From Thermoplasmatota archaeon (GTDB lineage Archaea; Thermoplasmatota; E2; UBA202; JdFR-43): DNA of 64,000 nucleotides. The stretch covers positions 1,346 to 65,345 of the forward strand of contig JAWAYL010000002.1 in the NCBI GenBank assembly GCA_038818725.1. The letters are read 5' to 3'. This document shows positions 50,583 through 61,095 of the stretch, piece after piece. The notes under the pieces were generated by a model, which ran no database searches, was not told where the DNA came from, and saw only the letters and a list, made by a program, of their open reading frames with translations. A program made the translations under genes and the position numbers. Within the stretch, counting starts at the first letter, position 1; each line of letters begins with the position of its first letter.

Positions 50583-51591
50583 TTAAAAACTCCTTAAGTT
50601 CATCTATTGTTTCCCTTAACGACTTCACTTCAAAAAATCTTTTCCCTATTATTTCATTGCAGAAAGATTGATAAATTGATGAAATGCATTCCTTTAGCTT
50701 CACTGGCATAGAAGGAGGAGGCCTGACCATTTGCCTCCATTTAATGGCATCAATTTTTTTTGCCTCCTCTACTCCCTTATACCATTCTGTTTTTCTATAA
50801 TATATTCTTGCAATTTCCTTGCTAGCTGGTATACCATTTATTGTAAACCTGCATTCATCTGGTGTACCAACTACATCAACAACAATTAAATTTCTTTCTT
50901 CATCAAATCCAAATTCAATTTTTCCATCTTCATTTATTGCTCCTATTTTTTCCGCTTCCTTGCTTATTATTTTATTTATTTTTTCTGAAATTTCTATAAT
51001 TTCATCTATTTCTTCATTGCTTATATTTGCGATTCTTTTAACTTCTTCCTTGCTTATATATCTATCGATTTCTTCAAGCTTTGTAGAAAATTCATATATT
51101 GGCTCATCTAATTTTTGATTTTCCTCTATTTTTTTAATACCATATTCCTCCATCTTTATTTTTCCTTCTTTTAATCTCTTAAGAAAACTTGAATTGGTTG
51201 TTATAAAATTTCTGTAGATCACTTCAACAGGTATAAGAAAATTTGATTTTTCTTTTGAATAAATTGAATAATCATATTTTCCATTAACTATGCTTGGCTC
51301 AAGAACTCTTAAAAATTTTATTCTCATCCTATTTACTGGTTTCTTAATTTCATTTATATTTTTTATTTCGTTATTTTCAACAATTCCAACATAATGATTT
51401 TTTATTCCTTTTTTATTCATTTTTTCAAAAAAATATGCCCCAATCATGCAAAGTGCCTTACCCTTATTTTCTATTAAATCAGGCATTTCACCCCAGTCAA
51501 AAACTGAGTAGCGATCTGAAAACACAAACTCAGCAATTCCAGGCTTTTCTTTTGCTTCTTCAATAATTTTTAAGTCCTTTACACTTCCCAT
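50572..51591 (-). CDS. purC: SAICAR synthetase (PurC) family protein, long form
   Basis: FSDRYSVFDW, LIPVEVIYRN, GTPDECRF motifs. 339 aa with an internal insertion relative to the usual ~240 aa. Confidence 0.6.
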   Translation of the reverse strand: MGSVKDLKIIEEAKEKPGIAEFVFSDRYSVFDWGEMPDLIENKGKALCMIGAYFFEKMNKKGIKNHYVGIVENNEIKNINEIKKPVNRMRIKFLRVLEPSIVNGKYDYSIYSKEKSNFLIPVEVIYRNFITTNSSFLKRLKEGKIKMEEYGIKKIEENQKLDEPIYEFSTKLEEIDRYISKEEVKRIANISNEEIDEIIEISEKINKIISKEAEKIGAINEDGKIEFGFDEERNLIVVDVVGTPDECRFTINGIPASKEIARIYYRKTEWYKGVEEAKKIDAIKWRQMVRPPPSMPVKLKECISSIYQSFCNEIIGKRFFEVKSLRETIDELKEFLNEG

Positions 51592-51604
51592 AAAGTTATA
51601 TTCT

Positions 51605-52360
51605 TTATCTTTTAAATTTTACTGTTCCTACCCTTATACCTTTAATTGCTTTTGTTAAATTTCCCTTTATTTTTCCATTTATAAAATAGACATCGCAATC
51701 AATTTTCATTGCTTCTTCAACCTTATTTTTTATTCCTCCAGTGACATCAAAAAATCCTTCGCTTGCCTTTATTTTAATTTTTTCATCTATTATATCAATT
51801 AATTTTGCGTCTTTTTCTTTTGGATTTTTATCATAAATTCCATCAACATCCATTAAAAATATAACTTTTTCAGCAGAAAAATTATTTGCAATATAGCTCA
51901 CTATTTGATCTCCAGATAAAATATCAATTCCTTTATCAACCGAAATTGAGACATCTCCATAAAGAAATGGTATAAAATTTTTATTAATCAAATTTTTTAT
52001 AACTTCAATATAGCCATCTATAATTTTTCCTTCTTTAAGAGTAAAAATTGAAGAAGGACAAATAGGAAAAGATGGCAAACCTTTTTCAATAAAAATATCA
52101 ACTATTTTATTATTCAATTCAATCATTGCCCTATGGGTTTTGTAAAATCCTATCGCTTTTTCATTGCTCCATCCCTCCCTTATTTTATATTTTTTTGCCA
52201 CAGGATGACCATAGCTCCCCCCTCCATGAACAATTAAAAATTTTTTTTCTGGATAAAAATATTTAATTTCTTCAGCAATTTGCTCAACAATTTTTTCATT
52301 AAAAGAAAATGGTTTTTCTTTATTACTTATAACGCTTCCCCCGATTTTTATAATTATCAT
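51605..52360 (-). CDS. ipk: Isopentenyl phosphate kinase
   Basis: MIIIKIGGSVIS...LIVHGGGSYGH amino-acid-kinase family. Sits with the PMDh genes. Confidence 0.85.
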   Translation of the reverse strand: MIIIKIGGSVISNKEKPFSFNEKIVEQIAEEIKYFYPEKKFLIVHGGGSYGHPVAKKYKIREGWSNEKAIGFYKTHRAMIELNNKIVDIFIEKGLPSFPICPSSIFTLKEGKIIDGYIEVIKNLINKNFIPFLYGDVSISVDKGIDILSGDQIVSYIANNFSAEKVIFLMDVDGIYDKNPKEKDAKLIDIIDEKIKIKASEGFFDVTGGIKNKVEEAMKIDCDVYFINGKIKGNLTKAIKGIRVGTVKFKR

Positions 52361-52749
52361 TTTTCCACTATTACATCAGCTTCTTTTTCCTTTGCATCTA
52401 TTATAACAATATCACCATCTTTTATAACATCTATATTAATTCCATCAACACACACAATAGCGGAGATTATTGCTCCTGTCGCAACTATTGTTTCAGTTTC
52501 CCTATTTATTATTGCCTTTGGAGCATTTCCATTTTTTTTCAAAGCATAAATTACGTAGGAGCCGACTGTTGAGCCTTTTCCACACGGAAATACAAAAATC
52601 TTATCCTTTATGCTTTTTCCATAAATTGGGCTATTTTTATCAATGATTATGCCTGTTTTTGTATCAACGCTTCCATAAAAGCTAAAAGCTTCTTTGCTCA
52701 CTATTGCTTCACCTCTTACTTTTCCAGGATATATTGTTCTTCCTTTCAT
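52357..52749 (-). CDS. Phosphomevalonate dehydratase small subunit (AcnX swivel-domain, DUF126)
   Basis: GRTIYPGKVRGEAIV...VFPCGKGSTVGSYVIYAL. I place the start at the ATG at 52749 (ATGA overlap with the large subunit). The ORF-track start at 52791 is an extension. Confidence 0.75.
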   Translation of the reverse strand: MKGRTIYPGKVRGEAIVSKEAFSFYGSVDTKTGIIIDKNSPIYGKSIKDKIFVFPCGKGSTVGSYVIYALKKNGNAPKAIINRETETIVATGAIISAIVCVDGINIDVIKDGDIVIIDAKEKEADVIVEK

Positions 52750-53912
52750 ATTATTTCCTCCATTTTTGCAAAAAGAACCTTTTGATTGCAAAAACTTGGC
52801 AAATAATGAGCTGCTTTTGCAGAATTTACACCAGTTCTTTCAAAAATTTTTTCAAGAGGAGAAACTACCATGCATGTATCCGCTACTATTTTTCCTCCCG
52901 CCTTCTCAATTTTCTCGTTTATTCCCATTCTTTCAGCAATTTCTTTAATAGCACGAGATGTACATATCCAAAAATTTCTTTTAGCTTTTCTTTTTTCAAG
53001 AAAATTTGCAATTTCTATTATTTCATTTAGGCTTGCATGAGGACAACCAAAAATTACAATATCAACATCGTCACTATTGCTCAATTTTGAATAAACTTCT
53101 TCAATCTCTTCCTTTCCAACCTCAATTTTTTCCTTTCCCTTAATTTCATATCTCTCCGCTTCTGGCGTTATTTCTTCTACATGATACATCGCAACCGCTC
53201 CGCTCGCCGCCATCGCCGCCCCAAGTTGCTTTAAATCATCAATGCTTGCATCCTTTATTCCTTTAAAATATGGTATTCTATTTTTTATTTCCTTTCCTAC
53301 ATAATAGCCAAGAGATGCAAAATCTGTTGGTGATAAGAGTTTTGCTTTCACATTTATAACAATATCCGGCTCTCTATTTTCATCTAGATGAAGTCCATAA
53401 TAAGGAGTTAAGCCTGTTATTGCTGATGCGAGAGCAGAAGGACCGCCTTCTCGATTTGTTCTTGCTCCTATAACTGAATTTGCAAATGCAACCGCTGATG
53501 ATTCGCTCCATGCTATGTGTTGCCTAAAGCGAGGTAAATTTCCTGCAAGATATGGTGTGCAGGTCGCTGAAATAACAACTCCCATTTTTTTAAAAGCATT
53601 TATTATAGCCATTTGCTTTTCAGCAAATTCATTGCTTATTCCCATTTCCTGCCAGTTTTCTAAATCCATGCCAGCTGGATTTAAATAAGTTAAAATTTTA
53701 ACTTTTGCTTCTTTTGCTATATCTTCAAGAAATTCGAGACCAGCATCCTCTATTGATTTATATGAGACGCCTGCAATTTGAGCTGAAGCAACACGGATCA
53801 TTTTTTCTGCTTTATAAACATCTCCAAGCCTTACAAGCAAGCGGAGCATCCTTGCAACAATTTCTCCTTCTTCACCGTCAAGCATTTTTTCCTGTTCTTT
53901 AGTAAGATACAT
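52746..53912 (-). CDS. Phosphomevalonate dehydratase large subunit (AcnX, DUF521)
   Basis: 388 aa. Conserved Ser/Cys-rich regions (RVASAQIAGVSY...SATCTPYL), the AcnX type IIb large-subunit pattern. Confidence 0.8.
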   Translation of the reverse strand: MYLTKEQEKMLDGEEGEIVARMLRLLVRLGDVYKAEKMIRVASAQIAGVSYKSIEDAGLEFLEDIAKEAKVKILTYLNPAGMDLENWQEMGISNEFAEKQMAIINAFKKMGVVISATCTPYLAGNLPRFRQHIAWSESSAVAFANSVIGARTNREGGPSALASAITGLTPYYGLHLDENREPDIVINVKAKLLSPTDFASLGYYVGKEIKNRIPYFKGIKDASIDDLKQLGAAMAASGAVAMYHVEEITPEAERYEIKGKEKIEVGKEEIEEVYSKLSNSDDVDIVIFGCPHASLNEIIEIANFLEKRKAKRNFWICTSRAIKEIAERMGINEKIEKAGGKIVADTCMVVSPLEKIFERTGVNSAKAAHYLPSFCNQKVLFAKMEEII

Positions 53913-53935
53913 AATTGAATAACTTCAACATCTAT

Positions 53936-54460
53936 TTAAATCATTTTTCTTCTTCTATTTTCTTCTTCAAGAAATCTATAAACTGTTGAATGATTTGCTC
54001 CGTTAAGCAACATTTCCACCGCTTTTTTTGCAATCTGCAAATTCTCAATTTTTCCTATTATTGCAATAGTATGTCCATAAATGCTTATATATGCCCCGCT
54101 TAATTCTTCTATTATTTCTCTCGCCCTTCCATTTTTTCCAATTACTCTGCCAGCAAGTCTTTTTATATGATTTTCCTTTTTTCCAACCCAGTCCCTTATA
54201 TCAACTATTTCAAGATAATAGTCCTCATTAAATAGAAGAATTGCTTTTTCGGGAGAAAATCCTCTTCCAATTGCAACAACAACATTTTCCGCTTCCATCT
54301 CTTTTATTTTATCTTCACTTTCTATTTTAACTTCCCCTATGCTTGAATTAATTTCAAGTTTCACTCCATGGCTTTCTATCCTATTCTTTGTTTCCCCATT
54401 CTTACCAATTAAAACACCTACCCTATCCTGAGGAATTTTAACATATTTCATTTTCATCAC
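53936..54460 (-). CDS. KH-domain RNA-binding protein (Dim2/Pno1-like)
   Basis: Two KH GxxG loops (IGKNGETK, IGKNGRAR). Conserved partner of Rio1 and aIF1A. Confidence 0.8.
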   Translation of the reverse strand: MMKMKYVKIPQDRVGVLIGKNGETKNRIESHGVKLEINSSIGEVKIESEDKIKEMEAENVVVAIGRGFSPEKAILLFNEDYYLEIVDIRDWVGKKENHIKRLAGRVIGKNGRAREIIEELSGAYISIYGHTIAIIGKIENLQIAKKAVEMLLNGANHSTVYRFLEEENRRRKMI

Positions 54461-55154
54461 TCATTATATAATAGATTACATTTTCTTCATCTACATTAAT
54501 GAATTTTTTAAAAAATTTTACTATGTTATATACATCTCTTCTTAAAAATTCAATTGCCATAGGATTTTCTCTTTTAACTGTCTGTCCAACATCTATTATA
54601 ACTGGGTTGTTTCTATAAATTAAGACATTGTATTCAGAAAAATCCGCATGAACAAGCTTTGCTTTTTGATACATTAGCTTTAGATATTTTCTTATTTTCT
54701 CAAAAATTTTCTCAGCATTTTTTATATTTGCATCTTTAAGCAAGGGGGCTGGCTTTGCCTTGCTTCCTATATATTCCATTACAATTACATTTCCTTCAAT
54801 TGCTATTGGCTTGGGCACCCTTACACCTACTTGATGCAATTTTTTAAGATTGCCAAATTCTTTTTTAGCCCATGCAAAAATTATGTTTCTTCTATCAAAT
54901 TTTATTTTTTCTGGTGGGTCATACATAAGATATTTTGATATACTTCTGAAGGTGGCGGTATTTATCCTATAAATCTTTATTGCTATTAAATTTTCTCCAC
55001 ATACTCCTCTAAAAACATTTCCTTCCTTTCCAGTTGAAATTGGAAAATCAATATAATCAATGAAACCATCATTCATCAACTTTGCCAAAGCATCAAGAGT
55101 TGTTTTCTCAAAAACCTCTCCTTCAGTTTTTAATAGTTCCTCAATTTTTTTCAT
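54438..55154 (-). CDS. rio1: RIO-type serine/threonine protein kinase
   Basis: STGKEGNVF, LVHADFSEYNVL, IIDVGQ motifs. Confidence 0.85.
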   Translation of the reverse strand: MKKIEELLKTEGEVFEKTTLDALAKLMNDGFIDYIDFPISTGKEGNVFRGVCGENLIAIKIYRINTATFRSISKYLMYDPPEKIKFDRRNIIFAWAKKEFGNLKKLHQVGVRVPKPIAIEGNVIVMEYIGSKAKPAPLLKDANIKNAEKIFEKIRKYLKLMYQKAKLVHADFSEYNVLIYRNNPVIIDVGQTVKRENPMAIEFLRRDVYNIVKFFKKFINVDEENVIYYIMSDENEIC

Positions 55155-55459
55155 AAAAATCCTTTAAGTGCATCTGGAATAAGATTTTTTTTATCTAAAT
55201 TTATTACCTGAGTTGGAGTATACTGATATATAACATCTGCTTTTTCATCTTGGAAATCCCATGTTTTAATAATGAGTAAATCTCCTGTTTTTATCCATTT
55301 CCTCTTCTTTATTTTTCCAGGTATTCTTGCCATTCTTGTTTTTCCATCCTCACAAATAATTTTTAGTCTGCCTCCTCCCATATGCTGTTCAACAATTGCA
55401 AACATTTCATTTTCTCCTTTTTTTGGCAGAGGTATTCGCTGTTCAACTTCTTCATCCAT
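55151..55459 (-). CDS. eif1a: Translation initiation factor 1A (aIF1A)
   Basis: MFAIVEQHMGGGRLKIICEDGKTRMARIPGKIKKRKWIKTGDLLII OB-fold core. The start is probably the ATG at 55459. Confidence 0.85.
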   Translation of the reverse strand: MDEEVEQRIPLPKKGENEMFAIVEQHMGGGRLKIICEDGKTRMARIPGKIKKRKWIKTGDLLIIKTWDFQDEKADVIYQYTPTQVINLDKKNLIPDALKGFL

Positions 55460-55542
55460 TATAAAAGTTAATTTGTAAATATATATGAAGATATCGTTTT
55501 TCAAAAATAAAAATTTAAATTTATGGATTTGCTATTCTTTTT

Positions 55543-58500
55543 GTGGAAAAATATTTTAGGAGCATAGAAAACAAGGTAAAGGAATGCTACCAGATAGCTA
55601 GCTTAGCAAGAAAAAAAGGTTATGATCCCAAAAAAGAAGTGGAAGTAGCTTTTGCGAAAGATCTTGCTGATAGAGTTGAAGAACTTGTTGGTCCAAAAGG
55701 AATAGCTCATAAAATAAGAAAATATTTAAAAGAAAAGGGAAGAGAAGAAACCGCTATTCAAATAGCTATTGAAATTTCTGAAAATATGAATGGAAGCCAT
55801 GCAGAAATAATTGAGCAAGCAGTGAGGACAGGACTTGCAATATTAACTGAAGGTGTTTTAGTAGCCCCAATAGAAGGAATATCATCTATTGAAATTGGAA
55901 AAAATTTCGATGGAAGCAAATATGTAGATTTATATTTTTCTGGCCCCATCCGCTCTGCTGGGGGAACAGGAGAAGCAATGAGTGTTTTAATTGCAGATGT
56001 TGTGAGAAGAAAGCTTGGATTGGATAGATATAAAGCAACTGACGATGAAGTTGAAAGATATAAGGAAGAAATTCCCCTTTATGATAGAATAACACATTTG
56101 CAATATTTACCATCTCCAGAAGAGATAGAACTAATCATAAGAAATTGCCCAATCTGCATAAATGGCGAGCCAACTGAAAAAGAGGAAGTGATGGGAAAAA
56201 GAGATTTGCCAAGAATAAAAACAAATAGAGTAAGAGGGGGAGCATGTCTTGTAATAGCTGAAGGACTATGCCTTAAAGCGCCAAAACTTATGAAACATGT
56301 CACAAGATTAAAGCTTGAAGGATGGGATTTCCTTAAGAATTTTTCCAAAGAAATAAATGAAGAAAAGGAAATAGAGCCATCTGAAAGATATATAGAAGAT
56401 TTAATAGGAGGGCGCCCTGTGATAAGCCATCCTTCCCGCAAGGGCGGCTTCAGGCTTCGATATGGGCGGGCTAGGACTTGTGGGCTCGGAGCAACTGCGA
56501 TGCATCCAGCAACCATGTATTTGCTCGATGGATTTATTGCGGTTGGAACACAACTTAAAACTGAAAGACCTGGAAAAGGAACGATTGCAACCCCTTGCGA
56601 TAGTATTGAAGGGCCAATGGTTTTACTTGATAATGGAGATTTTCTTCAGATAAATTCTATTGAAGAAGCAATTAAAATTGCTAAAAATGTTAAGGAAATA
56701 GTTGATTTGGGAGAAATTTTAATACCTTTTGGAGAATTTTTTGAGAACAATTCAATTTTGCCCCCCGCAAGTTTTTGCTATGAATGGTGGATTAAAGAGC
56801 TGGAAGAAAAAGCAAATATTGAAGAAGTAAAAATAAAGCATGGAATAGAAAATTTTGAAAATATATCCTTTGAGAAAGCAATTGAGCTATCGAAAGAATA
56901 TGAAATTCCTCTCCATCCTTCCTATAATCTATTTTGGCATGATATAAGTAAGGATGATTTTCAGATTTTGAGAGATTTTATAAAAAAAGCAACATATGAT
57001 GGTAAATTATATCTTGAAAAGGATAAAAAATTGAAGGAGATTTTACTTAATTTAGGAGTTACTCATCTTGAAAGAGATAGATATGTTATAGATAAATATG
57101 CTGAAGTGCTAATTAAATGCTGTGGATTTGAAATAATTGATGGAAAAATTTTTGAAGTTAAAAATAGCTCAAAAGAAGCAATTGAAGCAGTTCAAGAAAT
57201 TCTTGGAATAAAAATAATTCCTAAATCAATTCATAGAATAGGAGCAAGAATGGGCAGACCTGAGAAATCTGCTGAAAGGAAAATGTCCCCAGCGCCGCAT
57301 GTTCTTTTCCCTGTAGGAATTGAAAAAGGAGGAAAGGAAAGAATTTTAAATACAACTGGAAAAATAATTGTTGAGTTAGGGGAAAGAAAATGCGAAAACT
57401 GCGGAAAAATAAGCTATAAAACAAAATGTGAATGCGGCGGCCATACATATTTTACAGGAAATATAAGAAATTTTGAAATAAATGTTCAGGAAGAACTGAA
57501 TAAAGCGGAAAAGAAAATAAATACTCAAGTAAAGAAAGTAAAGGGAGTTATTGGTTTATCCTCTTTAAGTAAAACTCCAGAGTGCATAGAAAAGGGAATT
57601 ATAAGAGCAAAATATGATATTTATGTTTTTAAAGATGGAACGATAAGATATGATATGACAAATATGCCATTAACACATTTTAAACCATATGAAATAGGTG
57701 TTTCTGTAGAAAAATTAAGGGAATTGGGATATGAATATGATTATAAAGGAAATAAGCTTGAGAGAAGTGATCAAATTGTTGAATTGATGCCACAAGATGT
57801 TATACCTTCAAAAAAATGTGGAGAATATTTTTTGAGAGTAGCTAAGTATATAGATGAATTGCTTTCAAAAATTTATGGAATGAATGCATATTACAATGCA
57901 AATAGTTTAGAAGATTTAATTGGTCATTTAGTTGTTGGTTTATCCCCCCATACATCAGCCGGAATTGTTGGGAGAATAATTGGATTTACAGATTTGAATG
58001 TTTGCTGTGCTCATCCTTTTTTCCATGCAGCAAAAAGGAGAAATTGCGATGGTGATGAAGATTCTTTAATGTTGCTTACTGATGTGTTAATAAATTTCTC
58101 AAAAGAATATATACCTGAAAAAAGAGGTGGAAAAATGGACTTGCCTCTTGTTATTGCAACAAGGATTTCTCCAAATGAAATAGATAAGGAAGCATTGAGT
58201 TTAGATGTTTTAAATTCCTATCCTTTAATATTTTATAGAAAAACTTTTAGTTATGCTCATCCAAAAGAAATTGAAAAAGAAATGGATTTAGTTGCTAATA
58301 GGCTGGGAAGCGAAAGGGAATATAAATTTTTTGGATTCACTCATGATACAAGCAGCATAGAGAATGCCCCAAAAACATCTTCATATAAGCTATATGAAAA
58401 TATGGAAGATAAAGTAATGGCACAGATAAATTTAGCAATAAAAATAAGAGCGGTTGATGAAGTAGATGTTGTTACAAAAATAATTGAGAAGCATTTTCTT

Positions 58501-58791
58501 CCTGACTTAGTAGGAAATTTAAAAGCTTTTACAAAACAGCAGTTCAGATGCACAAATTGCAATACAAAGTATAGACGCATCCCTTTAACTGGAAAATGTG
58601 AAAAATGCAAAAGCCAACTATTGCTGACAGTTCATGAAAGTTCTATAAAGAAATATTTAGCAACAATAAAAAAACTAGCTGAAGAATTTAACATACCAAA
58701 CTATACAAAACAGAGAATATTCCTTTCAGAAAAATTTGTTGATTCTTTATTTAAAAATGAAAAAGATAAAAAACTAATAGATTTCTTCTAA
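55543..58791 (+). CDS. polD2: DNA polymerase II (PolD) large subunit DP2
   Basis: NCDGDEDSLMLLTDVLINFS catalytic region and a Zn-finger CENCGKISYKTKCECGGH. 1082 aa with no intein. Confidence 0.9.
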   Translation: MEKYFRSIENKVKECYQIASLARKKGYDPKKEVEVAFAKDLADRVEELVGPKGIAHKIRKYLKEKGREETAIQIAIEISENMNGSHAEIIEQAVRTGLAILTEGVLVAPIEGISSIEIGKNFDGSKYVDLYFSGPIRSAGGTGEAMSVLIADVVRRKLGLDRYKATDDEVERYKEEIPLYDRITHLQYLPSPEEIELIIRNCPICINGEPTEKEEVMGKRDLPRIKTNRVRGGACLVIAEGLCLKAPKLMKHVTRLKLEGWDFLKNFSKEINEEKEIEPSERYIEDLIGGRPVISHPSRKGGFRLRYGRARTCGLGATAMHPATMYLLDGFIAVGTQLKTERPGKGTIATPCDSIEGPMVLLDNGDFLQINSIEEAIKIAKNVKEIVDLGEILIPFGEFFENNSILPPASFCYEWWIKELEEKANIEEVKIKHGIENFENISFEKAIELSKEYEIPLHPSYNLFWHDISKDDFQILRDFIKKATYDGKLYLEKDKKLKEILLNLGVTHLERDRYVIDKYAEVLIKCCGFEIIDGKIFEVKNSSKEAIEAVQEILGIKIIPKSIHRIGARMGRPEKSAERKMSPAPHVLFPVGIEKGGKERILNTTGKIIVELGERKCENCGKISYKTKCECGGHTYFTGNIRNFEINVQEELNKAEKKINTQVKKVKGVIGLSSLSKTPECIEKGIIRAKYDIYVFKDGTIRYDMTNMPLTHFKPYEIGVSVEKLRELGYEYDYKGNKLERSDQIVELMPQDVIPSKKCGEYFLRVAKYIDELLSKIYGMNAYYNANSLEDLIGHLVVGLSPHTSAGIVGRIIGFTDLNVCCAHPFFHAAKRRNCDGDEDSLMLLTDVLINFSKEYIPEKRGGKMDLPLVIATRISPNEIDKEALSLDVLNSYPLIFYRKTFSYAHPKEIEKEMDLVANRLGSEREYKFFGFTHDTSSIENAPKTSSYKLYENMEDKVMAQINLAIKIRAVDEVDVVTKIIEKHFLPDLVGNLKAFTKQQFRCTNCNTKYRRIPLTGKCEKCKSQLLLTVHESSIKKYLATIKKLAEEFNIPNYTKQRIFLSEKFVDSLFKNEKDKKLIDFF

Positions 58792-58825
58792 CAAAAAATT
58801 TAAAAAAATATTATATATATTATTG

Positions 58826-58934
58826 CCCGGCGTAACTCAGACTGGTAGAGTGGCGGACTGTAGTTGCATCTCTTGGGCTATAACCCACCGCCGCGGAAAT
58901 CCGCAAGTCGCTGGTTCAAATCCGGCCGCCGGGA
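58826..58934 (+). tRNA. tRNA-Tyr(GTA) with ~35-nt intron at the canonical 37/38 position
   Basis: Acceptor CCCGGCG/CGCCGGG, D-arm ACTC-AGACTGGTA-GAGT, anticodon stem GCGGA with CTGTAG, then the intron (TTGCATCTCTTGGGCTATAACCCACCGCCGCGGAAA), then TCCGC. T-arm GCTGG-TTCAAAT-CCGGC. Confidence 0.8.
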
Positions 58935-58989
58935 CTAATTTTTATGGGTAAAAATTTATATAGGAAGAATTTCATGAAATTTAGAAAGA

Positions 58990-59718
58990 ATGAGATTGCT
59001 CATAAAGCTTAAAGATGAGAAAAAGCAGGCTATAGATAATTCATATCACAAGTTACAGGGGTTTGTTTATAAATTGATGAAAAATGATTATTCATCGCTT
59101 CATGATAAAAAAGGATACAAGTTTTTCTGCTTTTCAAATATATTTCCTTTTGAAGAAAATAGGATAAGAAATTTTATAATTTCGTCACCAAGCAATGAAA
59201 TTATAAATTCAATTTCAAAAAATATTGAAATAGGAAAATTGGTAAATATAGGAGAAATGCAATTTAGAATTAAAGAATTCTCAATTTTTAATGTTAAAAT
59301 TCCAAAAAGAAATGTTCATATCTGCTGTTCTACGCCTATTATAATAAGAATTCCTGAGGCAAAATATGATAAATATAAAATTCCTGAAGAAGAAAGGAAG
59401 GCAAGATATGTTTATTGGCGTCCGAAATATAGCTTTGAAGCATTTTTAAAGCAACTAACAGAAAATTTAATAAAAAAATTCAATGATTTTTATGGAACAG
59501 AAATTTCAACATATGATTTATTTGAGCAATTTGTTTTTAAAAAAGTTGTTGCAAATGAATTAATCATCAATGGAAAAGCATATCCAGTAATAGGAAGCAT
59601 ATGGGAATTTATATGGCATAATATGGATTCGATGCAAAGAAAAATTATTGAATTTGGATTAGATACTGGCTTCGGAGAAAGAAATAGCTTTGGATTTGGT
59701 TTTGTAAATGTGGTCTAG
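58990..59718 (+). CDS. cas6: Cas6 CRISPR pre-crRNA endoribonuclease
   Basis: RRM-like N-terminus and the C-terminal Gly-rich loop GFGERNSFGFGFVNVV. Confidence 0.85.
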   Translation: MRLLIKLKDEKKQAIDNSYHKLQGFVYKLMKNDYSSLHDKKGYKFFCFSNIFPFEENRIRNFIISSPSNEIINSISKNIEIGKLVNIGEMQFRIKEFSIFNVKIPKRNVHICCSTPIIIRIPEAKYDKYKIPEEERKARYVYWRPKYSFEAFLKQLTENLIKKFNDFYGTEISTYDLFEQFVFKKVVANELIINGKAYPVIGSIWEFIWHNMDSMQRKIIEFGLDTGFGERNSFGFGFVNVV

Positions 59719-59727
59719 ATGATAGAA

Positions 59728-61095
59728 TTACGAAACCAAGGATTTCAAAGAGTTCAGACAAGATTTTAAATCTTCTATAATATCTCCTTCGTACTTCTCT
59801 TTAATGGTATCTTCTGATACTCCGCAGAATCCGTGCCCTAAAATGCTTTTATTTCTTATTTCGTTTAAAGTATCCAATTTGTCTCCTAAACTTTTGACTA
59901 TTTTCATTATTTCCTTCAATTTTGTATCTCTTTCTTTACTTATAAGATATCCAATAACCTTTCTCAAAACAAGGGTATTTGGCTCGCTATAATTTATTTT
60001 ATCCTTTTGGAGAGATTCTAATAATTCCTCATTTTGTTCTATATAATTTTTAAACTCTTCAAAACCTTTAGCCCCTTTTTCTGTGGATATTTTAGTGGTG
60101 TATTCAAAAATAAACTTTAATGATGCTTCATTAAACCTAACTATTCTACCTAGAAAATCGATATAATTTCCTTCCTCAAATTTTATTAATATGTTATTAA
60201 ATAGTTCATCAAGTAAAGCTATCAGCAATAGGAAATAATCTTTAGAAAACTGGTCTACAGAAGAATGCTTCTCCAACTTTTCTAAGTTATTAATAATATT
60301 CTCTATCTCGGATTTTTCTATACCTGAATAGCTTTCTTTGATTTTTTTATAATGGGTAATTGCTTTTTTAAAATCGAATAAATATCGATAGTACTCGCCT
60401 CGAAGTCTTTCTAATTCTTTATTATCAAGCAAGCCATATTTTTCTGCCAACTCGATAGCGCCTTTATATTGATGTTTCTCTTTTAAACTTTTATAAGTTT
60501 CTGTAAGAAAGGCTTTGTATATTTTATCACCTACTCTTAGTAATTTACACTGGTTGCTACCTGCTGGTAAATAAATCGCTTGAACTAAATTTCTGAATTT
60601 TGAAACACAATTAAAGAGTAAAGCTTCATTCTCTGCCGGTGTGCCACCAGTTAGAGAAACAAAATATATATCTGCGGAGAATGATTTATTGAAAAATTTT
60701 TCATAAAATTCATACATTTTATCTCTATCTGCAGGATTATCATTTATCTGAATTACACTAGTATTTTCACCCAACAATTTTTTTAGTATTTGAGCTATAT
60801 ACCAAGTATCTTGAGGATGGAAGGGTACCTGCTCTGTAGCAAATAAATAAATATGTTGGAGTTTGTAATCCTGGGTAGTATCGATATAATTAACTACAGG
60901 CCCTAGAAGTAAAGGCTCTAATTTTAAATTAACCCATTTATTCTGATTAAATATTTCTTTGCTTTTTTCATATACATTTTCATCTTTTTTAAAATAAGGT
61001 TTGCCATTTATCCCCAGATCACTTATACCAACATTTGCATATAGTATAGCATTTTTCAACCTTTCTTTCATATTCACCCCCTTATTTTTACCCAT
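59728..61095 (-). CDS. csx1: Csx1/Csm6-family CARF-HEPN accessory ribonuclease
   Basis: 455 aa. N-terminal Rossmann-like CARF region, and C-terminal HEPN Rx4-6H motif (LNEIRNKSILGHG). An alternative start is the ATG at 61071, just 2 nt downstream of the csm5 stop (no overlap). Confidence 0.7.
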   Translation of the reverse strand: MGKNKGVNMKERLKNAILYANVGISDLGINGKPYFKKDENVYEKSKEIFNQNKWVNLKLEPLLLGPVVNYIDTTQDYKLQHIYLFATEQVPFHPQDTWYIAQILKKLLGENTSVIQINDNPADRDKMYEFYEKFFNKSFSADIYFVSLTGGTPAENEALLFNCVSKFRNLVQAIYLPAGSNQCKLLRVGDKIYKAFLTETYKSLKEKHQYKGAIELAEKYGLLDNKELERLRGEYYRYLFDFKKAITHYKKIKESYSGIEKSEIENIINNLEKLEKHSSVDQFSKDYFLLLIALLDELFNNILIKFEEGNYIDFLGRIVRFNEASLKFIFEYTTKISTEKGAKGFEEFKNYIEQNEELLESLQKDKINYSEPNTLVLRKVIGYLISKERDTKLKEIMKIVKSLGDKLDTLNEIRNKSILGHGFCGVSEDTIKEKYEGDIIEDLKSCLNSLKSLVS

